A stretch of DNA of 52,011 nucleotides from a bacterium (lineage in GTDB: Bacteria > Patescibacteriota > Saccharimonadia > Saccharimonadales > AWTP1-31). The notes under the pieces were generated by a model. It made no database searches. It was not told where the DNA came from and saw only the letters and a list, made by a program, of their open reading frames with translations. Positions within the stretch are counted from its first letter, which is position 1. Every line of letters starts with the position of its first letter. This document shows positions 10,522 through 20,008 of this stretch, in pieces. Location: assembly GCA_030426125.1 (NCBI GenBank), contig JAUHZB010000006.1, positions 1 through 52,011 of the forward strand, read 5' to 3'. Position numbers and translations under genes: made by a program.

Positions 10522-11919
10522 TCATCTGCGGAGGATTAACTTTTTTAGTTTTGTTCGAAAAATTAATGCCAACAGTAATAATATGATTACGCCCAAGCTT
10601 ACTAACCATTCTCCGACAAGCGTATATACCGTCTTATCTGAGTTTGTTTTTATATTAGTATCAACTGCTCCTAATTCATTTATCTCAACTAACGTATTAC
10701 CATTATTATCTAGAGCATATGCTCGAGCAGAATTAGCCGATTGCAAAAAATAACGACTGTTTGCAACAGCCATAAATTTCGCCAAAGATTTTTGTTGCCA
10801 AGCAAATAGCACAGAGCCCTTAAAAATAGTCAAAGACGCGGAGTTACTCAGAACAGTTGCGTTGTTGTTACTAAATTCACGATAATCTTGAGGCGATATA
10901 ATACTGGAGCAAACTGCTGCCCCGATAATAACATCTTCCTTTACCTCAAATGGTTGCAGTTGTTCACTACTTCTTATAACGCTTTTAACGTTACTAAAAT
11001 AATCCAACGTACCCTTCTGGTTAGACGCCCGGAGCGCTGTTCTCAATATATAAGGCAGATCTTCACCCCCTGGAATCAGACGAAACTTATCCTGGTACCA
11101 CGTAATGCCGTCTTGACTATTACCATATACCATTCTATTCAAGTGGCCTGTTTCTCCCTCAGGATTAACTTCGAGCGAGCCTAAGAAATATGTAGTAGCT
11201 TGATCACTTTCAGTTCTTTCCAGCCGTTTATGTAGATTCCTACTATTAATTTCATCTAACCCGTATTCAGGATAAACAACCAAATCGCTATTTTCTTTGT
11301 TAACAGGTGGGACTTTGTGGTTTATAGTTTCACTTATTATGGTTGCTTTAAACTCTACTCCATTTACTTTTTTATAAAAATGCCACCCCCATAAAGACAG
11401 CAGCGTCAAAAAAAGGAACGGGAAAACAGCTAAACGCCTCCTATCTTTATCTACTAAGAGTATTAAGAAAAGCCATAAAAAACCCGCAAAACCAAAAAAC
11501 CCGATTATTCTAGTAGCGTAAATAAATGGTGTCTGAATAAACAATAGAGTCGCTGAACCAAGCGGTAATAGGCTATCCAATCTACCCTGTGGCCCTATCC
11601 AAAATACAGAAGGAATCCAAGCCACCAGGTAATCAAAGAGGGCCAGCAGTGGAATAAGGGCTATCATAATCCAATTTGGATAAATACTTAATAACCATCT
11701 GCACAGACGAATAGCCTGCCACATTATTAATGAGCTAATAGCCACATTGATAGTCAAAACAAAAGAAGCAATAATAAAGCCTTGGATCGAATTACCAGCT
11801 AAGTCAAGCGTGTCTGTAAATAATACCCAAGACCAGGCTATAGTGTACCAGCAGACCAACAGCAATAATAGAGGGCTAGCAGTTAATTTACGGTAGAAAC
11901 GAACCACATACTTACGCAT
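10522..11919 (-). CDS. apolipoprotein N-acyltransferase (Lnt)-like protein, copy 1
   Basis: Multi-TM N-half; triad E (VVYPEY), K (DKFRLIPGGEDLP), C (AAVCSS); C-terminal TM. Start moved to ATG 11919 because the longer ORF overlaps tRNA-Glu. Confidence 0.85.
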   Translation of the reverse strand: MRKYVVRFYRKLTASPLLLLLVCWYTIAWSWVLFTDTLDLAGNSIQGFIIASFVLTINVAISSLIMWQAIRLCRWLLSIYPNWIMIALIPLLALFDYLVAWIPSVFWIGPQGRLDSLLPLGSATLLFIQTPFIYATRIIGFFGFAGFLWLFLILLVDKDRRRLAVFPFLFLTLLSLWGWHFYKKVNGVEFKATIISETINHKVPPVNKENSDLVVYPEYGLDEINSRNLHKRLERTESDQATTYFLGSLEVNPEGETGHLNRMVYGNSQDGITWYQDKFRLIPGGEDLPYILRTALRASNQKGTLDYFSNVKSVIRSSEQLQPFEVKEDVIIGAAVCSSIISPQDYREFSNNNATVLSNSASLTIFKGSVLFAWQQKSLAKFMAVANSRYFLQSANSARAYALDNNGNTLVEINELGAVDTNIKTNSDKTVYTLVGEWLVSLGVIILLLLALIFRTKLKKLILRR

Positions 11920-11994
11920 ATTATCAAGCAAAACGTATATTTGTTTTCGATTTTTGGCACTCACTTTATCAAGTATAACAAACGGAAGTTGGGA

Positions 11995-12069
11995 TGGTGA
12001 CCTCAAGGGGAATCGAACCCCTATTGCCAGGATGAAAACCTGGTGTCCTAGCCGTTAGACGATGAGGCC
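11995..12069 (-). tRNA. tRNA-Glu (TTC)
   Basis: Reverse complement GGCCTCATCGTCTAACGG...CCAGG-TT-TTC-AT-CCTGG...GGTTCGATTCC...ACCA. Confidence 0.97.
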
Positions 12070-12142
12070 TTGGTTTAGCGTCGACTTCTTCTGTGTTTTT
12101 ACTCGAGGAAAAGACTACAAAAGTATACCATAACAGATAGAG

Positions 12143-12175
12143 AAATAAAAGACTCCCCAGTTTCCTGGAGAGTCT
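12143..12175 (-). terminator. probable intrinsic terminator after the LPXTG gene
   Basis: Imperfect hairpin agactc-cccag/ctgg-agagtct followed by a T-run on the minus strand. Confidence 0.6.
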
Positions 12176-12260
12176 AGTATAAGAATGAGCGGTCAGTCAA
12201 ACTACTCGTGTTTACCCACTCACCTTAGCATAGATTTTTAATCTATGCAATCTTATTCTC

Positions 12261-13373
12261 TTAAACTGATAGTTTTCGAGCTTTGTATGCCTTGTGCAAG
12301 AAAGCACCGATCATACTTACTGTAGCAAAGATGCCGAAGACATTTGCACCAGTATCTGGAAGTGTGCCAGAAGGTGGAACAACTACAGATGGAGGTGTTG
12401 GAGGAACTACTGGAGGCTGGTTGTCTTTAAAGACTACTGTCTTTGCACAGTCTTCACCGTTCACCCATTTAACAGTACCGTCAGCTAGTTTCACCTGAAC
12501 TCTAGCTTGAATAGTATATGTACCATCTTTATCTGTAGGATACTGATGAGTATCAGTCTGTTTGGTGCTTACTTCAGATCCATCACCCCAGTTAATTTCA
12601 TATCCAACTACAGTTGCGTTTTCAGTAACACCGTTAACTTTTACAGTTACTTTACGGTCATCTGTTACAACAAATGCACCTTCGTCTAGCTTACATGCAG
12701 CTGTGCTGATTACTGGTTTTGGTTGTTCTTTAACTTCAACTGTTAGAGTAACGTAAACTCGTTGTTCCCAGCAGCCCCAAACATCTCCATTTGGTGCGTC
12801 AGTACCGATAGCAGCACCAGTAGTTACAATTGAATCACTAAGTGCCTTTGATCCTGCTCGAGTGTATTGCTTGGCAGTTCCAGCTACGTAATTTAATTTT
12901 ACGGTCTTGCCGTCAGTACAAGCAATAGTCATACCATCATTAACGCTAGCTGCATTAGAGGCACTAATAGTAGCATTTGGATTAAAGGCAGAACTTGCAG
13001 TCGCGTTCTTTAGATCAACTATTACTTTAGAGTTCTTGGCAACACTAGGACCGTTTCCATTTCCGTTTTCGTATTGGCTAGCGCCATTGTGTACGTATAC
13101 ACGGAGTGTGAACCTTTTTCCTGTTTCACAAGTACTTCTAACGTCATTAACTGATGCGTTTGTGTCGCCTTCTACCTTACCTCTAAAGAAGTCGGCTTCA
13201 TTACCTTCAGATGGAACACCGGTATAGACATTGAAAGCCGGTGCAGGTGCTGGAGGTGTGCTATCTCCTGTATATGGGATTGCTGCAGTTACAGCTGGAG
13301 CAGAAGTAGCAATGGCCATTAATGTAGCTATTGTTAGAACTGATCCTTTTACGAAATTTTTTAGTAAATTCAT
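12261..13373 (-). CDS. LPXTG-anchored surface protein with PKD-like domain
   Basis: Signal peptide; PKD core YEINWGDG..H.Y...GTYTI; Pro-rich stalk; LPDTG plus hydrophobic helix plus basic tail KAYKARK. Confidence 0.88.
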   Translation of the reverse strand: MNLLKNFVKGSVLTIATLMAIATSAPAVTAAIPYTGDSTPPAPAPAFNVYTGVPSEGNEADFFRGKVEGDTNASVNDVRSTCETGKRFTLRVYVHNGASQYENGNGNGPSVAKNSKVIVDLKNATASSAFNPNATISASNAASVNDGMTIACTDGKTVKLNYVAGTAKQYTRAGSKALSDSIVTTGAAIGTDAPNGDVWGCWEQRVYVTLTVEVKEQPKPVISTAACKLDEGAFVVTDDRKVTVKVNGVTENATVVGYEINWGDGSEVSTKQTDTHQYPTDKDGTYTIQARVQVKLADGTVKWVNGEDCAKTVVFKDNQPPVVPPTPPSVVVPPSGTLPDTGANVFGIFATVSMIGAFLHKAYKARKLSV

Positions 13374-13403
13374 TATATTATTCTCCTTAAATAGCTTCTT
13401 AAT

Positions 13404-14726
13404 TTAGTTTGGTGCACCTGGAATAGTTACTTCAGGACCTTTTTCGGTAGTTGTTGTAGTAGGCCGTTGGGTAGTTGTTGTAGTAGGCCGTTGGGTAGTT
13501 GTTGGGGTTGGGGGTTGAGTCGGAGTTGGAGTTGGGGGTTGAGTCGGAGTTGGAGTTGGGGGTTGAGTCGGAGTTGGAGTTGGGGTTGTTCCAGTGCCTG
13601 TTGGGGTTGTTCCAGTGGTGCCTGTTGGGGTTGTTCCAGTGGTGCCTGTTGGGGTTGTTCCAGTGCCTGCTGGGGTTTCACCAGTAGTTACTATTGAGGT
13701 TCCACCATTTGCAGGAGTTGTAGTTATTGTAGTTTCACCACTTGGAGTACGTACTTCAACAACTAAATCACCGTTGGCGTTTGTTCCAGTTGTAGTAACA
13801 TTTCCAGTTTCTTGATCAACAGTTGTATCTAATATTTCACCGCCTGCAAAAGGAGTGTCACCTTGTGGTACAGGACTATTAGTTGGATCAGTCTCTTCTG
13901 GCTCAAGATCACTTAGATCAAGACTTCCACCTTCACCTTCAGTTAGTCCAGTAAAGTAAATTTGACCTTCCTTACTAATTAATACTTCGTTATATCCAGT
14001 TTCACCTTCTCCACCATATTTAGATGTTTCGCGTCGTTTTAGTTCTAGCCCACCTAGATCGTTAGGAAGCACTACTCGCTCAAGTGATACGCCTGTAATA
14101 TTGAAGTCTTCATCCCTTTCAGCAACTAGTTGAGTAACTATAGCACCTTTAGCATTCCATAAATCAGTGTATTCAGCATCCTGGTTTAAAGTTTCAAGAA
14201 CTTTCTGACAGTCTTCAGCAGCAGCTTTATCGCCACCTTCAGCTGAATAGGCTGCGTATCGATCTGCGTATGTATTAAGGACTGAGTAGTTTGGGTTTAC
14301 AGCTTCACCATCATGAGAAGGAGCTCCAAAAGCAGCCATAGCTGCAGCCATTGAGGCTCGATCACCTTCATTTGCTAATGGACCATTTTCATTGAATAGG
14401 TTAGAAACATATTCTTTAACATCATCGCCATTACTTAGCTTTTCAGTAAACGGAAGGAAAGCAAAATCGTTATATTTTCCAGAGTTAGAAGCAGCATCTG
14501 CTTCTGTGAAATCTTCACAAGTTAATTCAGCAGGTGTTTTATCGTCAGCTGGTCCATCTCCACCGTCTCTATCAATGCAAGATACTACACCGAAACCAGC
14601 TCCAGCTACTAAAGCTACACCAGCTACACCAGCTACTATTTTGCTACGCAATGATAAAGAATTTCTTTCGTTCTGATCAGCCTCTTGATTAGCTGGCACT
14701 GCTCCTACGGGTTGTTGTTCACTCAT
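13404..14726 (-). CDS. putative lipoprotein with acidic domain and Thr/Pro-rich repeat tail
   Basis: Hydrophobic stretch ending in lipobox-like VVSC; C-terminal GTTPTGTT, PTQPPTPT and TTTQRPTT repeats. Confidence 0.75.
   Translation of the reverse strand: MSEQQPVGAVPANQEADQNERNSLSLRSKIVAGVAGVALVAGAGFGVVSCIDRDGGDGPADDKTPAELTCEDFTEADAASNSGKYNDFAFLPFTEKLSNGDDVKEYVSNLFNENGPLANEGDRASMAAAMAAFGAPSHDGEAVNPNYSVLNTYADRYAAYSAEGGDKAAAEDCQKVLETLNQDAEYTDLWNAKGAIVTQLVAERDEDFNITGVSLERVVLPNDLGGLELKRRETSKYGGEGETGYNEVLISKEGQIYFTGLTEGEGGSLDLSDLEPEETDPTNSPVPQGDTPFAGGEILDTTVDQETGNVTTTGTNANGDLVVEVRTPSGETTITTTPANGGTSIVTTGETPAGTGTTPTGTTGTTPTGTTGTTPTGTGTTPTPTPTQPPTPTPTQPPTPTPTQPPTPTTTQRPTTTTTQRPTTTTTEKGPEVTIPGAPN
13447..13690 (-). 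repeat. coding tandem repeats (24-nt units) forming a mucin-like stalk
   Basis: gttgggggttgagtcggagttgga x3, gtagttgttgtagtaggccgttgg x2, gttggggttgttccagt-type units. Confidence 0.9.
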
Positions 14727-14842
14727 CTATACTCTCCTTAACTCCTTTACCTACTGCCTCTCAATGCAAGTAGGAATTAGTTAATAATTTATACTCATAA
14801 ATAATAGCACGCATTATCTTATTTGTCAATATTATTCTTATG

Positions 14843-15673
14843 CTAGTTTAGCGTAAGCGTATTAACTCCTTGAGCTATTACATCATCGGCAATATTTAGG
14901 TCAATTCCGGCTTCCGAACTAGGCAGACTGACCAAACTAACAACGGTCATTCCCGCTGATTGCAATCGATCTACAACTAAGTTATGTCGTGCATCAAGCA
15001 TTTCATTGGCTTTAGCTAGATTTTTTGGCTTATCGGTGTCGATTTCTAGGTCACCGCCCAAGCCAATAACACCTACGTTGGCTGGAATTCGCCTCTCTAA
15101 TGGGTGATTAAGCTTAATTGCTAACGTTGAACTATAATCAGCTTGAACTTCGTGTAGAGGTAGCTTATGGAAATCACTCAACACTAAAGCTAAGCCACCC
15201 ATACACCGCATAGCCACCGACTGAGCCCTATATTCTTCGCTATTCTCTAAAGACTCTAGCTCAATATCACCTATATCTGCAGGTACAAGGCCGTCTACTC
15301 CTGTTGCATATCTATACAACTTATCGCCGACTCCAAGAGCTGACTCTAAACCAACGGCAATAGCAAGAGCTGCTCTTCGCTTAGACGAAGAAATTGCATC
15401 AATATCTGTCCTATTTCCATAGTCGTTGATCAGCGTGACTTCTGTTGGTCGCTTAGGTAGTACCTGATCTACATGGGGGCCACCAACAACCTCTTCCATA
15501 AAAGAGAAGGGTTTAATAGCCTCCGGATCATGAATAACAGGGTTAAATGGAACCTCACCGACAGCCAAACCAGGAACTCCTGATCTGACTCTTTCTTCTA
15601 TATGGCCACCCATACCAACCTTTAGGTTGGCTGCGACTTCGCTAATTGCAGCTTCGGTTCGTGAAAAACTCAT
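14843..15673 (-). CDS. divergent DUF58-like protein (MoxR-associated)
   Basis: Directly downstream of MoxR; LALVLSDF motif and P.E..IP..G region typical of the DUF58 C-terminus. Confidence 0.55.
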   Translation of the reverse strand: MSFSRTEAAISEVAANLKVGMGGHIEERVRSGVPGLAVGEVPFNPVIHDPEAIKPFSFMEEVVGGPHVDQVLPKRPTEVTLINDYGNRTDIDAISSSKRRAALAIAVGLESALGVGDKLYRYATGVDGLVPADIGDIELESLENSEEYRAQSVAMRCMGGLALVLSDFHKLPLHEVQADYSSTLAIKLNHPLERRIPANVGVIGLGGDLEIDTDKPKNLAKANEMLDARHNLVVDRLQSAGMTVVSLVSLPSSEAGIDLNIADDVIAQGVNTLTLN

Positions 15674-15722
15674 TACTCTTTATACCTATATATCTCAATT
15701 TATCGTAGAACTAAGAGCCCAA

Positions 15723-16787
15723 TTACTGAACGATTGCCTCGACAACGCCAGGAATTTGCTGGTAAGCAGATGTTGAAAGTGCACCTAAACGACCTGTAAC
15801 CATGTACCTAGTAGCCTCAACTAGTTGCTCTTCGTTAACGACCTGTTCACCACCTAAGAATGCCAAAGCCTGGGATAGCTGAATATGCTGTTTAGCAACA
15901 CGTCCCAGTGATTCTTCAATTTTTGGACTATTTAACTGCATTAGCGTATCAACTGTTGCACGCTCCATATTTTTAGCTCTTCCCTTTAAATGATCTGGGA
16001 TAGGCACACCCTTGTAGTCACGACGCATCTGCATTAGCTGGTCTCTAGTAGTAACAGGTTGAACCTGTTCAGGGGTGGGTACGAATCCATTATGGATTTC
16101 ATCTAGCATAGCCTCTTCTTCAACTGAATCCTGTTTTCCGACTCCAGCACCAATAGGAATTCGTGAAGCTAGGGCATGTGGCACTCTAAAAGTTGATTGG
16201 TGAGCCTCACCAGGGTTCATAGTTAGTACAGAATACAACAAGTCATCCATATTAATAGAGCCTGATGGGGTATTGATCATGCCATTCTCTAGGGCTTCTA
16301 GTAGCGTGTTAACGACGTAAGGGTTTGTTCGGTTGATTTCGTTTCCGTAAATAACCTTTGTTGTAGAGCTAAGTATAGAATCCACCTCAGTAACTCGGTC
16401 TTCACGCTCACTAACATCACCACGAGTAGTAGTTACTGAAGATTTTACCTCATCTCCAACTAATCGCTGAGGGGTAAGATCGGCATTTGGTGGTATTTCA
16501 CCAATGTCGTCTTGGCTTAGGCCTGCTATTAAACGGTAGCTATCGCCAGCTAGTGTGGTCTTACCTCCACCTGGCACACCAATATAAAGAACATTTTCTC
16601 CCATTACCATACCTGCTATTATGGCTGCTTTAGCTCGTTTTTCACCGATTAATAGATTATCCAACTGATGGATTGCTTCACTGTTAAATTCGGCAGCCAT
16701 ACCTGGTGTCACTAACCTAGGTTGCTGCTCATAGCCATTGAATGGTGGGGGCGTAGTTCCTTGAATAGTTCCTTGTGATACTGTCAT
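15723..16787 (-). CDS. moxR: MoxR family AAA+ ATPase
   Basis: Walker A GVPGGGKT, ADLTP..LVG, NEINR (Walker B variant), LLEALE, TMNP.E..TFR.P.AL..R. Confidence 0.9.
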   Translation of the reverse strand: MTVSQGTIQGTTPPPFNGYEQQPRLVTPGMAAEFNSEAIHQLDNLLIGEKRAKAAIIAGMVMGENVLYIGVPGGGKTTLAGDSYRLIAGLSQDDIGEIPPNADLTPQRLVGDEVKSSVTTTRGDVSEREDRVTEVDSILSSTTKVIYGNEINRTNPYVVNTLLEALENGMINTPSGSINMDDLLYSVLTMNPGEAHQSTFRVPHALASRIPIGAGVGKQDSVEEEAMLDEIHNGFVPTPEQVQPVTTRDQLMQMRRDYKGVPIPDHLKGRAKNMERATVDTLMQLNSPKIEESLGRVAKQHIQLSQALAFLGGEQVVNEEQLVEATRYMVTGRLGALSTSAYQQIPGVVEAIVQ

Positions 16788-16798
16788 AATTTTACTCC

Positions 16799-17725
16799 TT
16801 ATCTTCCTATACTATTACTATCTAATGTCATACTTGATCGCTTCTTCCGATACAGCCCAAAAGTTGCAACAGTTAAAGCTCCTGCTAGAATTCGTTTCGG
16901 CCAATCATTGGGAGCTGGATTTTTCAAACGACTTTCTTCGAGACTATCGCTAATTTGATCTACCATTTCTTCTACATTTGCTTCTTCAACGTCAAAATAT
17001 TCACCATTAGTTTGCTTGGTAACCTCTTTAAATCCTTCGACTGAACTTGGATTAGTAGTCTCACCTTCAACATTGGCTACAAATACAGGAATATTCTCGG
17101 CTTCAGTCCGAGCTAAAATATCCGCATTATTACCAAACGTATTTCCATTAGTAATAACTAACACACCCGATGCACTCTGGTTACCGATTTCTTTCCTGCG
17201 TGTTTCTTCGATCTTATCTACTGCTTGGTTAAAACCATCAGCTAATGGTGCATTACCAAATGGCTCATCTTCACCAACCTCAGTTGGCTGGGCAGTCTCT
17301 ACTGCGCCAGAACCAGCTACGTATGCTGTAGCCTCTACTTCATTTGGGTTGTCAAACGAAGCTGTCAATAGGTTGATACTACCAATAGCTGGCTGATCAC
17401 CCATTTCTGTTGCTCCAGAGTGATCGACAACAATACCAAGCTTCGGTGATTGAGCTTCAATATCGTTTGGTTCCCACACTTCGTTGTTTAGAAGACCAAG
17501 TGATGCACCAGCAAACACGATTGGTGTTAGCGCAAGAGCACCAACTCTACGTAATCTAGATACTTCTGGTTCCTGCAAGGCTATACCGATTTCACCAGAT
17601 AGTTGACTTCTATTATTAGAAACATTTCTACTGGCAATATATTCAGTAGCTAGACCAGCACCAGCGCCAGCCATAACACCTACATATTCAGAGTAGTTAC
17701 CAATGGTCTCAATAATTTGACTCAT
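16799..17725 (-). CDS. membrane-anchored vWA domain protein (BatA-like)
   Basis: IVVDHSG MIDAS-like motif, VLVITNG, NIPVF, TNGEYF, C-terminal TM; upstream of MoxR. Start moved to ATG 17725. Confidence 0.75.
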   Translation of the reverse strand: MSQIIETIGNYSEYVGVMAGAGAGLATEYIASRNVSNNRSQLSGEIGIALQEPEVSRLRRVGALALTPIVFAGASLGLLNNEVWEPNDIEAQSPKLGIVVDHSGATEMGDQPAIGSINLLTASFDNPNEVEATAYVAGSGAVETAQPTEVGEDEPFGNAPLADGFNQAVDKIEETRRKEIGNQSASGVLVITNGNTFGNNADILARTEAENIPVFVANVEGETTNPSSVEGFKEVTKQTNGEYFDVEEANVEEMVDQISDSLEESRLKNPAPNDWPKRILAGALTVATFGLYRKKRSSMTLDSNSIGR

Positions 17726-17778
17726 GTCATATACAATACACCAAAAGTGTAATTTTGTCAATAATATTCTAGTAATGT

Positions 17779-19962
17779 TTATCTGCTGGTCTCAGTAGTT
17801 TTTTCAGCTAAGTGACCCTTCTTCGGCATAGTAAAACCAAAAGTAGATCCTTTGTTCTCTTCGCTCTTAAATATTATCGCCCCACCTTGAGCAATTATGA
17901 CCTTTTTAGCCATAAATAGTCCTAGTCCAGTACCATCGGGACGGGCTTTCTTGGCATTTCCTGCTCTATAGAACTTGCTAAACAGATGATGTTGTTCGTT
18001 TTTCGGTACTCCTAGACCATCGTCAACAACTGTAAACTGGATACTATTACCTAGGTCCTCTAACTTCACTTCAATATGTCCGTCTTTAGGGGTGTAGTGG
18101 AGGGCATTATCTGTGAAGTTCATTATAACCTGCCGAATCTTGGTTTCATCTAGTGACATTACAGGGAATTTAGCTGGCTTTTTGTAAGTTAGCGTCTGAT
18201 TCTTACTATTAGCTACTTCTTGGAGTTGAGCCATTTCAGCCTCAATTACGTCAGCTAGCTGAGTTGGCTTATTCTCTATGACAAATTTACCAGTTCTAAG
18301 TCTAGAAACATTCAATAGGTCGGCTATAAGGTAAACCATCCTTTGACTACTTGAAAAGGCCTGATTAAGTAAGTCTTTTTGTTGCTTAGATATCTTGCCA
18401 ACGTCACCCTCAACGACCATGGATAGATAGCCTTTAACAGAGGTAAGCGGGGTTCTAAGCTGGTGAGAGGCCATACTGATGAATTCATCTTTAGTCTCAT
18501 CTAGTGCCTTTAGTTTTTCGTTGGCTTTACGGAGATCACGGGTAGCTTCATTTACTTTATCTTGCAAGGTAACTGTAAATTCTTGGATCTCTTCAAAACG
18601 TAGGGCGTTCTGGATGGCGATAACCAGCTCATTACTAATAATTTCAATAACCCGAATATCCTCTTTGCTGTAAGGATTTCCGCTTTTTTTACCCCCGAAG
18701 ATTAAGTAACCAATCTCTTGATGTGTAGAGCCAGTTGTGTACATCCTTTTTGCAACTGTAATATTTGACTCCAATAACTTCTTCTTTAATTTAGAATTCA
18801 CAGATTCAATTTCATCTGTGACGATTAACTTATGTCTTTGTTTATCCACTACATTAACCACCTCTACAATATCCTCCTGGTTTAACTCGATGTTACCGCT
18901 TCCAATGATTCTTTGTGGTATTTTCTTTGAGCCTTGAATACTAAACGCGCAAAACTCACACTTCATGGTTTCCTCAATTAACTCAGCGCTCTCCTGTAAC
19001 AAACTTTTTAATTCAATATTTCCTACTAGAACATTGTTTAGTGAGTTTAAAAATTGCTGAGGATCATAAGCATCTTGATAGAAAAGCTTATTGGAGACAC
19101 GATTGAAAAATTGTTTAATTTTTTCAAAACTAAATATTAATGGCACAACTAGTACAACAGATAGCACCTGTCTGGTTAATTCCTGATCAGGGGCATCAAA
19201 GATGTTATTCACCAAACCGAATAAACTTATACTGTAAATAAAAGCAAGTGTACCGATGATGAGAATATAGGCGACTGACCTTGCCACAGCAGCTTTAATA
19301 TCGAACATCTTTTTTGCAACAATAGCATATGCTATCAATCCTGAAAAAATTACTGAATACAACGGACTTAAAGTAACAAAGAACCTACTATCAAAAAATA
19401 TTGGAACAATAAAATTGCCCAATGGACCAATTGTGTACATCAAAATAACACCAAACAGGAAATACTGAAGCTGCACCCTCACACCCCCCTTAGCATTGAG
19501 GGTCCGTTTAATTAATAACACCAACCCGCCAAGAGCAAATATTAATGCGTGTGGAATAAAAAGAATCATGGCAGGACCGGGAACTGGTGAATTATTCTTA
19601 AAGTCAACAAATAAGAAAGAAGTTAATGCTGATATAGCAGTGATGATGGAATATGTTATCGCTATTATGTATCGTTTTTTCTTAAACAATCTGGATGATC
19701 CAGAGGGAAATACTCTTGACAATAAAAAGAAAAAAGTATTTTGTAAAACCACAAAAAGCATAATCCATCTTATCCAAACAAGAGTTGCCCCATCGTTAAC
19801 TGTATGTAATGAAAAATAAGTAGTTATAGACCAAAGCACTAAACTAACCGTTAAGCCTGCGAATAATTTACTTACTATACTTTTACTGTTCTTAATTAAT
19901 ACAACTAATGCTATTAGTGAGGTGGCAACTGTGCCAATAATCAAGATTCCGAATTCAATCAT
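17779..19962 (-). CDS. sensor histidine kinase with N-terminal 7TM-type sensor, GAF-like domain, HisKA and HATPase
   Basis: About 9 TM helices; H-box FISMASHQLRTP, N-box NFTDNALHY, G1 DDGLG, G2 GTGLGL. Confidence 0.95.
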   Translation of the reverse strand: MIEFGILIIGTVATSLIALVVLIKNSKSIVSKLFAGLTVSLVLWSITTYFSLHTVNDGATLVWIRWIMLFVVLQNTFFFLLSRVFPSGSSRLFKKKRYIIAITYSIITAISALTSFLFVDFKNNSPVPGPAMILFIPHALIFALGGLVLLIKRTLNAKGGVRVQLQYFLFGVILMYTIGPLGNFIVPIFFDSRFFVTLSPLYSVIFSGLIAYAIVAKKMFDIKAAVARSVAYILIIGTLAFIYSISLFGLVNNIFDAPDQELTRQVLSVVLVVPLIFSFEKIKQFFNRVSNKLFYQDAYDPQQFLNSLNNVLVGNIELKSLLQESAELIEETMKCEFCAFSIQGSKKIPQRIIGSGNIELNQEDIVEVVNVVDKQRHKLIVTDEIESVNSKLKKKLLESNITVAKRMYTTGSTHQEIGYLIFGGKKSGNPYSKEDIRVIEIISNELVIAIQNALRFEEIQEFTVTLQDKVNEATRDLRKANEKLKALDETKDEFISMASHQLRTPLTSVKGYLSMVVEGDVGKISKQQKDLLNQAFSSSQRMVYLIADLLNVSRLRTGKFVIENKPTQLADVIEAEMAQLQEVANSKNQTLTYKKPAKFPVMSLDETKIRQVIMNFTDNALHYTPKDGHIEVKLEDLGNSIQFTVVDDGLGVPKNEQHHLFSKFYRAGNAKKARPDGTGLGLFMAKKVIIAQGGAIIFKSEENKGSTFGFTMPKKGHLAEKTTETSR

Positions 19963-20008
19963 TAGATATATTATAGTGTTAATGCTTGTTTTTAGAAAAA
20001 GTATTTTA

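Noticed and set aside
11920-12006. N-terminal extension of the Lnt-like ORF
   Set aside because: Overlaps the tRNA-Glu 3' end; ATG 11919 is more plausible
4627-12069. Integrative element or prophage at tRNA-Glu
   Set aside because: No integrase, phage genes or duplicated tRNA 3' end found
13447-13690. Regular 24-nt repeats resembling a CRISPR array, with overlapping repetitive ORFs
   Set aside because: Tandem units without unique spacers, in frame within a Thr/Pro stalk; no cas genes; the other-frame ORFs are by-products
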